A stretch of 64,000 nucleotides of DNA, taken from NCBI GenBank assembly GCA_000388065.2, contig KB932204.1. The stretch is one strand, 5' to 3'. Every line of letters starts with the position of its first letter. Positions within the stretch are counted from its first letter, which is position 1. Shown piece by piece: positions 12,877 to 24,439 of this stretch. The position numbers and the translations under genes were made by a program. Origin of the DNA: Fonticula alba ATCC 38817 (Eukaryota > Protista > Nucleariida). The notes under the pieces were generated by a model. It was not told the origin of the DNA. It ran no database searches and saw nothing but the letters and a program-made list of their open reading frames with translations.

Positions 12877-13097
12877 NNNNNNNNNNNNNNNNNNNNNNNN
12901 NNNNNNNNNNNNNNNNNNNNNNNNNNNNNNNNNNNNNNNNNNNNNNNNNNNNNNNNNNNNNNNNNNNNNNNNNNNNNNNNNNNNNNNNNNNNNNNNNNNN
13001 NNNNNNNNNNNNNNNNNNNNNNNNNNNNNNNNNNNNNNNNNNNNNNNNNNNNNNNNNNNNNNNNNNNNNNNNNNNNNNNNNNNNNNNNNNNNNNNNN
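12877..13097. other. Assembly gap (N run)
   Basis: Run of N flanked by poly-C. Confidence 1.
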
Positions 13098-13160
13098 CCC
13101 CCCCCGCCCCCACTGTGGCCAGCCGGCATCCACCCGCCAAGGAAGAACACACACGCAGAC

Positions 13161-16100
13161 ATGTCCTCCTACTCTTCGTTCTCCCTCTCGACCTCGGCGG
13201 GGTCGGCGCCCCCCTCAACAGGCGCGTCGGCCTCGGCATCCCCCCTGCTAGCGGACACCCCCTCGCCATCATCCTCGCTGCCGCGGTACCGGAGCCTCTC
13301 GCGACAGGAGATGACCCGTCAGCATGAGGAGTTTCTTCGGAATCGAGCCGACCCACCGGCAGCCAACACCTCGGGCGACACTACAGCCCCCCGGCGATCG
13401 CTGTCTGTGGCACCCGTCGAGCCAGTGGAGCCGCAGCCATTCGCCCCGCGTCCGGCGCCGATCGCTTCACGTCCGGGGCCAGCTGCCGCCGGCCCGAGCG
13501 TGTCGGCCTCGACGGCCGCCGCCTTTGGACAGCCCTTTCACCCGCTGGCCCCGCGGCAGCCTCTGCCAGCGGCCGTTGCCTTCGGCCGGTCACACCTCCA
13601 CCCGTACCAGCATGTGGCCGATCGCACACAATCAGCTCCGGCCCCGCTGGTCCCTGACGCCGGCGGCAATCCGCTGACCAGTGCTGTGCATGGCACATAT
13701 CCCCGCCCGGCTGCCAGTGCCTTCGCCGAGGTGCCGGTCTCTGTGACGGCACCCCTGCTGGCCCCGGGTTCGCTGCGTCCCGGGGAGAACCCGCTGCTTG
13801 AGCAGATTGCCCCGGCGGCTGAGCCTCCCTCGCCGCTGGGCGACTCGGACTCCGAGTACCTTGGCTCCTCGGTGGACACGCCGTCCCGGCGATCGACAAC
13901 CGGCGGCCCGGCCACGCCACAGACCGTTCGCCGGCCGCGGGCCGCGCAATTCCCCACCGATGAGTCGCGCATCTTCTTCCCCGGATCCTACTCCACTTAC
14001 CCGGTGGGAAACCTCCTCTTTTTCGGCGACGACGAGGAGGACGCTGCGCCGGGTGCTGAGCCGGAGTCGGGTCCGGCTCCCACTCGGGTGGCCGACTCGC
14101 CGGCACTGCTGGCCCGCCGGCCCCCGGCCACCCTTGCCACCACTGCCGGTGCACCTGGCGGCAGCAAATGCGACGTCTGTGACTCGCTGGAGGACTACAT
14201 CCGGCAGATGGAGAAGGCCGCCCGATCCATGGCGCATAACAGCATCCAATATGAGGCCAAGATCATGAGCTGCCATCGGTACTACCAGGCCAAGATCGCC
14301 AGCGTTTCCCAAGTGCGCCGCCCACTTCAATCCACCCCCCCTCCCCCCCCCCTCCCTCCATCCAGCTTGCACTTTGAGTCCTGACAGTCGCTTGCGCCAT
14401 GTAGGCTCGTGGTCACATGGTTCCCGGTGATGCTAGCCAGGAAACGCTGTCTCTCCTGTCGGCCAAGGCCCTTGGGAGTCTGCATAACATCCTGAATAGC
14501 CTATCGCTCCAGATCGATGCGGCTCTGTCGACACAGGGGCTGCTGCTTCCCCGGGCTCCGGGAGGGGCTGGTACGGGCGAATTGGCGACCGCCCATGCCA
14601 AGGCCCGGGCCGTCTACCGGGAGAGCGCACTGGTGTTCAGTGACCTGCTGAAGGAGCACCCATTGACCGAGGCACACTTGACCTCGCTGACTCTGGAGCA
14701 GGGGTGTCAGATCTTGGAAAGGTATCCTCAAGTGTGCTTGTCTCTCGTCTGTCCACTGTGGGCATGTCCTTCTGACTGACGCGGTTCCACCCAGTCACAT
14801 TCACTTCGCCCACAACCTGGTGTCCATTGCCCTGGACTCGGGCCCGATTGGCTCCTTCCTCGGTCGAGGCGTGGCCCTACTCAAGCACTTGGCCCAGCAG
14901 ATGACCATGTTCCGGGTGGCCGCCCAGCGGGAATCCCTCACTGAGGAGAGTATCCGCCGGAAACTGGTAGGTGGCCATGCTTCGCTTACATTTCCCTCTA
15001 GACCGGCCTCCAACTAACCCCACTTCCCTCTCCTTCTCCCTCCCTCTCTCTCCCTCTCTCTCCCTCCCTCTCCCACACACACTTGCCCCGGCACAGGATG
15101 ACCAGTACCTTGCGGCGCTGCGGAAGTCCGATCAGGAGCGAGACATCGCGAAACGCCTGCTCGAGGAAGCGGCTCGGCGACAGACACGCTCGGATTACGA
15201 GCTGGCCGGGGCCAATTCCAAAATTGCCGCACTGGAGGAGTTGCTTGCGACAGAGCGAGCGCGTGTGGCCGACCTCGAGGCAGCCAATGCTGCTCTGAAG
15301 GACCAAGTCCAGCAACTGGAGGATCAGCGGCTGATTGATCAGGCCCGCGCGCGCGAGCAAGAGTCCAAGCAGCAAGCTCGTGCTCGGGAATTGGCCGAGC
15401 AGCTGACACTCGAGCGGGCGCGCGCCAGCGAACGGGAAACGGTCCTGAACAAGCGCATGCGCGATCTGGCCGCCGAGGTGGCTGCCTTGGAGTCCGAGAA
15501 GGCCCAGGTCGTGGCCGAGGCGGAGGCAGGGCTCCGCCAGAGCGAGGCCCAATCGGCGGCGGATCTGGCGGATCTGCGGGCATCCATTCGACAGCTTCGT
15601 GGCAAGCTGCAGGTGGCCGACGAGCGGAATGCGCAGGGCCGCGCCGATACGGAGCATCTTCGGCTGCAAAATGCCCAACTTGAGCGCCAACTGACGGAAA
15701 GCATGGCGGAACTGCGCCAGGACAACCACCAGTTGGGGGAGTCTCTGCGTGCGATGGAAGCCGAGCTGGTGGATGCGCGCGAGAGCGCCACGCGCGCTGA
15801 TGGTCAATACCGCCAGTTGCGCGATGAGCACCGGCGCCTGGCGGACTCCTATGATGAGCTGGCCCGGTCGCGGGATGCTCTCCAGGAGACCCTGTCCCGG
15901 CGGGTGAGCAGTCTCTCCGTGCGACAGGCATCGGCTCACGAATCGGAGGAAGACCCTGAGGGGGAGTCCTGGCTAGCGGGCACCGGTGGGTCCCGGCGCG
16001 CAGGAACCCCCTCAACCGGGGCTCTGAGTTTGGAGGACTTGCTGGGACATGCCCCTGCTGTGGGGTCGGCCGCGGAGGCTGGGGCGTTGGGCGAGGCGCC

Positions 16101-16670
16101 TCCTCGACGCCGCATGGGCGCCGCCCCAAGCAGCGACATGGTATGTTCACCTTTCAATGTGGCGGGATGATGAGCGTGCGTCCCCCCCCCCCCCCCCCCC
16201 CCGGGGTGCTGTGGGGTGGGGGTCGGGGCGAGGCTGAGCGCGGGACAACCCCTCGGCACACCATGCTGGACGAGGCATGTGTGCCTGTGTGCGTGCTGAT
16301 GGGTGTACTTACAAATGGCACTGGGAATGTGCTTGTTACCTGGCACAGATCGACTCCGATCGCACTCCCCCTCTGGAGGGTCGTGACAACCCCGCCGGCA
16401 CTGGCTGGGGGATCTATGCGTACTTGAGTAAAATTGGCCTGAGTGAGTCTTTCCCCCCGCCGGACAAGGCCCTCGATGTGTCGGTCTTTCAGGAGGACTC
16501 CGACGGATCGCGCTCCCCGCTGGCGTGCGATTCAGGTATGCTGCGCCACCGAAACATGCCGCCAGCTCCCCCGCCGTATATCCCGCACAACCACCGCATC
16601 CCCTTCTGCGCCATCTTTCCTCTCTCTCTCTCCGCCCATCGTTTTGCCGAAGCGTGAAGGTGGCTACTGA
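13161..16670 (+). CDS. Hypothetical coiled-coil protein with a Ser/Pro-rich disordered N-terminus (spliced; both ends uncertain)
   Basis: Long open exons (about 13161-14311, 14405-14731, about 14794-14966, 15098-16140, about 16349-16535) joined by GT-AG introns. There is a CDVC motif followed by heptad-like helices and a roughly 300-aa E/Q/R/L/A-rich coiled coil. The 5' end may extend into the gap. Confidence 0.6.
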
Positions 16671-18924
16671 CGACAAAACATACCTTCACGCGGCTCCCAG
16701 CCCCGACTAGGCCACGGATGAGCCCGCAACCACCGGGCTGGTCAACTGCGCCTGCCTCTGGAGGGCAATCCGGAAGCCACGTCTCGACGCCGGAGCTCCT
16801 CCGGTAGAGTTCAGACAGGGGGTAGGTGCTGCCAGTGGTGTCCTGTCTTTTTTCCTTTCTCCTTGAATACACCTCCACAATCATCCACACGCTGGCCTCA
16901 CCGCCTTTTCACTCCACTCGCTTGCGCGGTGGATGGGCGGCGGGGGGAGGGAGAATGATCGGGCGCGAAATCAAAACCGTGCGGTGTGGTGATCACATGT
17001 CACCATATGGATCACGAAATGCAGGACACAGCAGGGGCGTAATGTATTTCGACCGAATGACACAAATATCGGCAATAATAATCAACCTTTTTGGCGGGTT
17101 TACTCTTCGGGCGTTCTCGGTCGGCCAACTTTCCGGGATGCATGGCCTCCTGATGTCCGGGCTCCGGGGCAGAGGTCAGACCACACGCATGAAGACACTT
17201 GTCCTCGGCCCAGATATCCGGGAAATCCGGGTTTTTCCGCGCCCCATCTCTGGATCTGACACCGCTGAATGCGCGGCGGGATGAGCGGAGCACCTCTGGT
17301 GGTGTTCTGACTGCCGAAGAGCTGCGCTGCCGCCGCAAGCCAGAGAGCCAAGTGCTCACGAGGTGGGGCCAGGGGGCGTGTCAGGAGGACCGAGAAAGGT
17401 GGGTACCGTCTTGGTGGGCCCCCAGGTCGTGCTGTCCTTCCGTGGCAAGTGAAACGCCCAACATGTGGCCTGTCCCTTGTGTTGAGTCTCCAGCCGTTGT
17501 GACTGCGGAGGGAGGGATTCCATTCATTTGTGTGCTTGGGGGCGGGGGGGGGGGAGTTCCCACTGGTCTGATATCCTGCAGGGGGGGGGCGTACGTGTTC
17601 GCACCAGCACCACCCCGAGGCTCGCCCGGTTCTTCCCGCTTGAGCGAGGGTGAGGGGGGCGGGGGGCTGCTTGGGTGTGTGTGGAGACAGCCCCACGGCT
17701 GAGTGCTGGTGCAGGGGTCAACTCGCGCGTTCTTCTACGCGGGGGGCCAGACGTGCACGGGGGGAGATGAGACCGGGGAATATGGTAACCACACGGAGCG
17801 GGACGCAGACTGGCCTTTCTCCAGGCCTTTCGCTGTGTGTACGTGTTTGTGTGGGTGTGGGCGCGGGCGTGGGTGTGGGTGTGGGTGTGCGTGTGTATCG
17901 CCCTCGGTCGGGGGGCGGGCGGGGGGGGGGAGGGAGGTGGGCTTCCCCGCCGCGCAGGGGAGCGGACGTTGTCGCTACACGCCGCGTCCCGCGACCTGAG
18001 GCATTGTCGCCCGTCGGTCTGTGAGTGTGGGAATGGTCGCCCAACGGACCCCGGGCAGAACGGGCGCATTTTTGTGCGGGTCCCCTCTGGCCGTGGGCTT
18101 GCCAATTTTCTCTCTCTATCCTTCTGGCATCTTTGTTTTCAACACACATCGCATTCTAGAGGATTTTACCAAAATGGTATGTATCCTTCTGTCCCTCCCC
18201 CCTCTCCTCCCTCGGTTGCCCCACGCTCGCCCGCCTGCCGTCCCCCCCCCCCTCTCGCCCCCCCCTCCCCTTCCCTGCCCTTCGTAGTATGCTGTTGTCA
18301 TATTGCACGCCGTGTGTTGCCCACATGCTGGTCTGCTTTCCGCTCCTCGCGCGCGCCCCTGCCGAAAGCATGAACTCCCCTGGCGCCGGTGCAGTGGCGT
18401 GCGACCCTCCGTTCCCCTCAACACATGCGCCCGCGCACGGACACACACACACACGTACATGCACATGTGGCACAGGGCGGCGATCCCTTCCTTGCTGAGT
18501 CGTACGGCGTCGGCGTCCTCGGCGCCGGCCCGGCCATCGTGTGTTTGTCTTCTTCCCGCCCGGCGAGAGGGGCACCTATGTTCCCGCGCGCGGGAGGGGT
18601 TCCGGTGCTCCGAGGCGCGCCCTGCCCCCGGCCCGGGTTCCCGGCCTCGGAAACTCTCCCCATGTGTCTGTGTGTCTGTGGACGAGCGCCGGTCGAGAGG
18701 AGATGGGCAAACGCTGCGCGCGAGTCGGAGAGTCATCGCCACCTGTGTGCTCACAGTTCCCGGAGGCCTGAGGATAGCACGCATGTTGCATCGGATGCAC
18801 CTTTGAAAGCATGCATCCGAAGTGCCCGTGTGGGAGCCTTAACAGCACCCCCTCACCATCTCAGTCCCCGATTTCCCTTCCTCCCTCTCGCTCCTCTCCC
18901 TCTCTGACATATTTGCCTTTCGCC

Positions 18925-19871
18925 ATGTCCTCCACTCAGGTCGCTACCGTCCGCACCCGCAAGTTCATGACCAACCGTCTGCTCCAGCGCAAGCAGTTCG
19001 TGCGTATAGCCCTTTTCTCCCCCTTTTTTTGCCGTCTGCTGCCCTGTGCTCTCTTCCTCCGGCATCGATGCGGAGAAGTCGGGCACGCGCGCACGTCGGC
19101 TCGCTCTTTCTCCCTCAATGATGCCGTGGGTGTGGGGGGCGTCTCGCGTGTGAGCTCCCCCCTGGCTTGGCACATCTCCGCATTGTGGCTAACCTCCTCT
19201 TCTTCCGCTTGTCCGTCCTCCGTGTAGGTTGTTGATGTCATCCACCCCAACGCCTCCAGCCCCTCCAAGGATACCATCCGTGAGATGCTCTCCAAGATGT
19301 ACAAGGTTGAGAAGGAGACCGTCTTCGTCTTCGGCTTCAAGAGCGCTTTCGGTGGTGGCCAGTCTTCCGGCTTCGGCATGATCTACGACACCCTCGACGC
19401 TGCCAAGCAGTTCGAGCCCGCCTTCCGCCTGCAGCGCGTGCGTGATCCATCCCCCCCTCTCCTGTGTTCTCTCGCTCGCATCCTGGGCGTCGCGCCATTT
19501 GCGCTTGTCGCTGGGCTCTGTTTTCTATTTTGGTGTGTTCTTTCCTTTGCTGACGGTCGTGCATTCGCCTTTCCGACTCTCTCCCCCCCCTCTTCCCGCC
19601 CATCTCCCCCATTTGGCACCTGTAGCAGGGCCTCTACACCAAGCCCATTGGCTCCTCCAAGCAGCGCAAGGAGCGCAAGAACCGCCAGAAGAAGCTGCGC
19701 GGTATTGCCAAGGCCAAGGTCGGTTCTGGCAAGAAGGTATGTTTCTTCTTCTGTCCCCTTCCCCCTCGTGTCCGCTTTTTTGTGGCCTCGCTCTCGAGAG
19801 CACACCCGATTAACCCTCCTATTCTTCTCTCCTCCCTCCTCTCCTCCCCTGGCTGTGAACGCACGCAGTAA
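18925..19871 (+). CDS. RPS24: 40S ribosomal protein S24 (eS24); exons 18925-18999, 19228-19437, 19626-19736, 19869-19871
   Basis: [18 protein letters not shown] | [40 protein letters not shown] | ..[22 protein letters not shown]. Three phase-0 GT-AG introns. The stop codon TAA follows the last acceptor directly. Confidence 0.97.
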
Positions 19872-21266
19872 ATTTTCTTTCCTAGCGAACACATGTCCTT
19901 CGACAGCAAGAGAGGACCATCATTCACAGCATGACCGGGTGATGATGGTCCAGGTAGATGCGCTCGGGGGTCCCGGGCGGTTCACTCCTCCAGTCACCAC
20001 CACCGCCAGCCAAAGCATTCACCATTTCTCGGTGCCGCAGGATGGATCTTGCCAGATATTTGGAATAAACTCTATCCTTCAGAAGGCCCGCAAGAGAGAG
20101 CGAAGCGCGAGCGCAGGTCGTCGTCGTCGTCGTTCCCCCTCGCTCCCTCCCCGCCTCCGCGCTCTCTCTCTGTGCAGGGCAAATGCGCGGGGGGTCGGCA
20201 GGCAGGACGAGAGTGGCGTGGCGGGGGGCAGGGGCGAGGACGCCGCAGTGTGAGGCGAGGGGAGGAGAGAGGAGGGGGAGCTGCTCAGGTGACGCGAGTG
20301 TGTCTGTGAATGTGTTTCACTGTGGGGGGATGTCCTCGGTGGCGAGAAAAGAGCCCGATCCCAGGCGTGTGGAGTTTTTCCGCCGCCCGCGGTCTGTGAG
20401 AGACCCCGACGCCCGAGGGCACTCCGCCTCGGGATTCGGCAGGTGAGCTAAGAGGAAAAGGAGTGTCTCGGTGGCTTTCTTGTCCCTCTCCGCCGGCGTC
20501 ACTGCCCCCAGAGGAGAGGCAGTTTCCTGTGCTCGGCTCTGGTTCCCTCTCCATGACCGCTTTCTCGCCTGCGTCTGTCTGTGTGTGGGCTTAGCGATGG
20601 ACGGCCCCACGGTGTGAGGCAATAGGGGTCGTCATTCCACCGGGCTTTCGTGTGCCTCATCGCACCACTGCTCCCACCCTCGCACGACTCAGGGTGAGCA
20701 GATCTCGCTGCATCACCTCCTTGCGAACTCCTTCCCCTTGGCCGCTTTTCCGGACAAACTGGAGCCGGAAAGGACGCTGCTTTCCCGTCCTCCCCGGTAC
20801 TTAACCATCCTCGATTAACATCTCCGCTCGAGGCGGCCACTGGCGCTAGTTCAATTCTTCCCCGCGAGAACGGCCCATCCCCAACGGGAGGCAGTCCGGA
20901 AGGAGAGGCCGTGCCTGAGGCGAGCTCCCTCCAAATGCACGATTGGCGGCCAATCTGGTAGTCGGCGCGGCGGAAGTCGGTCCAGTCACAACATGTGCAC
21001 GTGCCCACACATGATCATCCAGACTCAATCCCCGCCCTCGGTTCCGAGCTGGTTCTTCCCTCATTCTCGGGGTCCCTCCCCTCCGGTACTTCTGTCTGCG
21101 GCATCTGGGCCATTCGGTGAGGTTTCCCTTTCCCTTGATCGGCCAGCAGCGCACCTCTGGCTCCTTGCACCACCAACCACCATCTCTATTATCCGCTCCT
21201 CCTCCCCTCCTCCTCACCAGTCTCTCCTCCCCCTTCCCTCTCTCTCTCCCCCCCCCCGCTCCAAAG

Positions 21267-21613
21267 ATGACTTCTGCCGATGCCAATCCCATCACTTGCC
21301 CCGTGTCCGACCTCCCGGACACCACCCCGGTCGCCGCCGCGCCGGGTCCGGAGCAGCCGGAGCAGGAGGAGGAGCCGGCTCCCCATTACGAGTTGACTCA
21401 GACTGACCATCTGAACAAGAAGCTTCTTGCTTCGGTTGCCTCTTCCAGTGCGCCATTCTCCTCGCCCTCGTATTCTTCCCCTCGCTCTCTTCCTCCGTCA
21501 ACTGACCTTCCCCCCCCCCCCCCCCCGTGCGCCTTTTTCAAGGTGTGATCGATCGCTTCCGCATTGCTCCCCTCTCGGATGACGGCGAGAGCTCCGATTC
21601 CGAGGCTGAGTAG
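21267..21613 (+). CDS. Small acidic hypothetical protein (about 83 aa); exons 21267-21447, 21543-21613
   Basis: MTSADANP..EQEEEPAPHYELTQTDHLNKKLLASVASS | SVIDRFRIAPLSDDGESSDSEAE*. A phase-1 intron GTGCGC..CTGAC..TTCAAG restores the frame. Codon usage is genome-typical. Confidence 0.6.
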
Positions 21614-22110
21614 GCACCATTCCCCGGGGCCCGCCCTGTGTGTACTCTCCTCTGCCTCCCCCCCCCCTCCCGTGCTTCTCGATCTTCCTCGTCGATCTGC
21701 TGTGCTTGAGTGTGTGCTACTCAGTATTGATTGGGAAAATGGCGAAATAAGAAAAGATACTTCCAAGTGGTCCAGACGCAGGTCCCTCCCCCTCTTGTGG
21801 GTGCACATGCACGCAGGTAGATGGACGCATGCATACGCATAAAGTGATCTAGCAGGTGTACATATGTAGCGAGGAAGGAAGGCAAGGACAGGAGGGGGAG
21901 GACAGGGGCAAGGCCTGGTGCCTGGAGAACAGCTTAGCCCTGGCGCTGCTTGTGCTTGGGAGTCTTCTTGCAGCGGATGTAGAGGACACCGCGGCGGCGA
22001 ACTGCACACGCGGCAGGGTCCGGATCAGGGGAGGGGGGTGGTGACAAGCCACCGGGGGACATACAATGCTCGTGTTAGACCCATGCAGCAGGGTGCAGGG
22101 GGGAGGAGGG

Positions 22111-22539
22111 NNNNNNNNNNNNNNNNNNNNNNNNNNNNNNNNNNNNNNNNNNNNNNNNNNNNNNNNNNNNNNNNNNNNNNNNNNNNNNNNNNNNNNNNNN
22201 NNNNNNNNNNNNNNNNNNNNNNNNNNNNNNNNNNNNNNNNNNNNNNNNNNNNNNNNNNNNNNNNNNNNNNNNNNNNNNNNNNNNNNNNNNNNNNNNNNNN
22301 NNNNNNNNNNNNNNNNNNNNNNNNNNNNNNNNNNNNNNNNNNNNNNNNNNNNNNNNNNNNNNNNNNNNNNNNNNNNNNNNNNNNNNNNNNNNNNNNNNNN
22401 NNNNNNNNNNNNNNNNNNNNNNNNNNNNNNNNNNNNNNNNNNNNNNNNNNNNNNNNNNNNNNNNNNNNNNNNNNNNNNNNNNNNNNNNNNNNNNNNNNNN
22501 NNNNNNNNNNNNNNNNNNNNNNNNNNNNNNNNNNNNNNN
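22111..22539. other. Assembly gap (N run)
   Basis: Run of N flanked by G-rich sequence. Confidence 1.
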
Positions 22540-24439
22540 GGGGGCCGAGCATGCGCGTGAGTGCCCAGCCCAGGGCTGCGGCGAAAGGAACTGCCCGTCG
22601 CAATGTGCGCGGGAGAGGAACACGGGAGCCCGGAATCACACGACACAAGAAAGACCATTTGGTCCTCTAGAAACATTCGCCCCGAAACGCCATTAAAATA
22701 TAAACCCAGCCGTGGGCTCGGTCTGCTGCCCGAAGCATGGTTGTGATGGCGGCGGCGGGTGGGCGGGCAGGATGGCCTTGAGGCTTGAACAGCAGGGCGA
22801 GGGTTTTCCCCCCCCACTTGGTCCTCCTATTTTTGTTCTTTAGGTCGCGAAAGGATCCTGGCGGGCCGGGACTTGCTGCTCTTCGTTGGCACCAAAGGTG
22901 CGGGCGTCCCAGGCCGCAGGGCCACCGAGGAGAGATGCGCCAGCGCGGCAAGGGTCCACACCAGAATGGTGCAGGGACCTACGGGAAGATGGCCCGGCGG
23001 GATGCGGAGATGCGGCGGCGGGGACGAGCCTAGAGAGAGGCACCCTGGGCTGGCTAGGGCAATGCGGCTCCGGGTACTGCACCAGGCGCGTCCTTGGTCT
23101 TTGAACCAGAACCGCCAGATCGGACGATCCCCCCTTGGGCGGAGGGCGCCTTTCTTCGTTCGGTGCGTGTATGCGCGCGCCGGCCTCTCCCGGATGACCC
23201 TCCTCCTCTCCCACATTCGTGCTGAGACGCCAGCAGTTCGCGCACGGGCGAGGGACCCGGAAGGGGACATGAGGGGGAGCCCGGGACCATGAGAGCCCAG
23301 TCGCGTCCCCAGGGTTAGCGCGAATTGCCACCAGGCTCGGCTCATTTGGCTACTTCCCCCCCCCCCCCCGCCCATGGCCTGGCTCTGGGGGAGGCGCCGC
23401 GGCCCCACATGTGCTCTCCCCCCCCCCCTCCCCCCCCTGCAACGGGAGGGCCTCCCTTGGGCTCTCTTTTTTCGTATCCGCACCCTGGGTGCCCACCTGG
23501 GAGGATGGCCGCCCGACGCCCGGTCCCCAGGTCCCCCAGGGGGCCTGGCCAGTTCCCCACGAAGATGGCTCGGTGTTGCGTGTGCACGCGCTCGCCCCCC
23601 CCCCCCCCCCCAGCAGGCTCCAGTTCATCCCCCGCACACCACCAGGTCCTTGCCCTCCCCCTTCTGGCCTCCCTCCCGCCAGTCTCGTCACACCATCGAG
23701 CCGGCTTTTTTCGGCGCCCCTGTGCATCCCGACCAATGATGGCAGTTCCACCTTTCCCGAGAGAGTGCGTCACTCGACGGAGCTCGTCTTCCCCCCCCTC
23801 CCCCTTCCCCTTCCCCTCCTTCGCTCTCGCTTTCTCTCTCTCTCTCTGTCTCTCTTCTCCCTGCCCTTGGTTTCTCCTCCTCCTCTTTGCCTCCACCACT
23901 GCCTTCCTTCCTTCATTTTGTCCCGCATGTATTGGAAGGACAAGGGCTCCCTCCTTGCTGCACCTCCCTCACTTGCCGCCCCTCCCTCTCCGAGGATCTC
24001 CCCCCCCCCCTCCTCTGACCTTCGCCTTCCACCCTGCTCCCTCTCCCCCTCCCCTGTTTTCCATCGCACAGTCCACGGTCTTGCCAACCGCCTCCACCCC
24101 TCCCCCTCCCTCCCCGCGCAGCCAGTTCCACGCTCCGTGCGCTGTGTGCCGCCCCCCCGCTCCCCGGACGTCGCTCGTTCGCGCCCGTCCGTTCGATCTT
24201 TGCGGGAAGCCAGCCCTCTTGCGAGGCTCTGCGCCCCCTGCCTCTCGGCCCCCTCCTCCTTCGTGAGCTCCAGCGGCTGACTTAGTCTCGCGAGAGTAGT
24301 GATTGCGAGAGCGCGTGTGTGTAGCGGGTGTATTCCACCCCACCCTCGGACCTCTCTCTCTCCCCTCCCCTCCTAAGCCCGTGTGTGTGTGTGTGTGTGT
24401 GTGTAGCGTCCTCTCGACCTCCCCCCTCCGATTGCAGCG

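Noticed and set aside
17012-17359. Minus-strand Cys/His-rich ORF ending ..VSCIS-TGA, superficially like a CxxU selenoprotein motif
   Set aside because: The 3' part uses AT-rich codons unlike real genes here, a second TGA follows four codons later, and I found no SECIS-like hairpin downstream. It is more likely an AT-rich terminator or promoter region.
19939-19945. GTGATGA C-box-like motif downstream of RPS24
   Set aside because: There is no properly spaced CTGA D box, terminal stem or rRNA-complementary guide.
20330-20620. Possible small spliced ORF MSSVARKEPDPRRVEFF.. followed by a GTGAGC donor
   Set aside because: No acceptor gives a convincing continuation, and there is no motif or codon-bias support.
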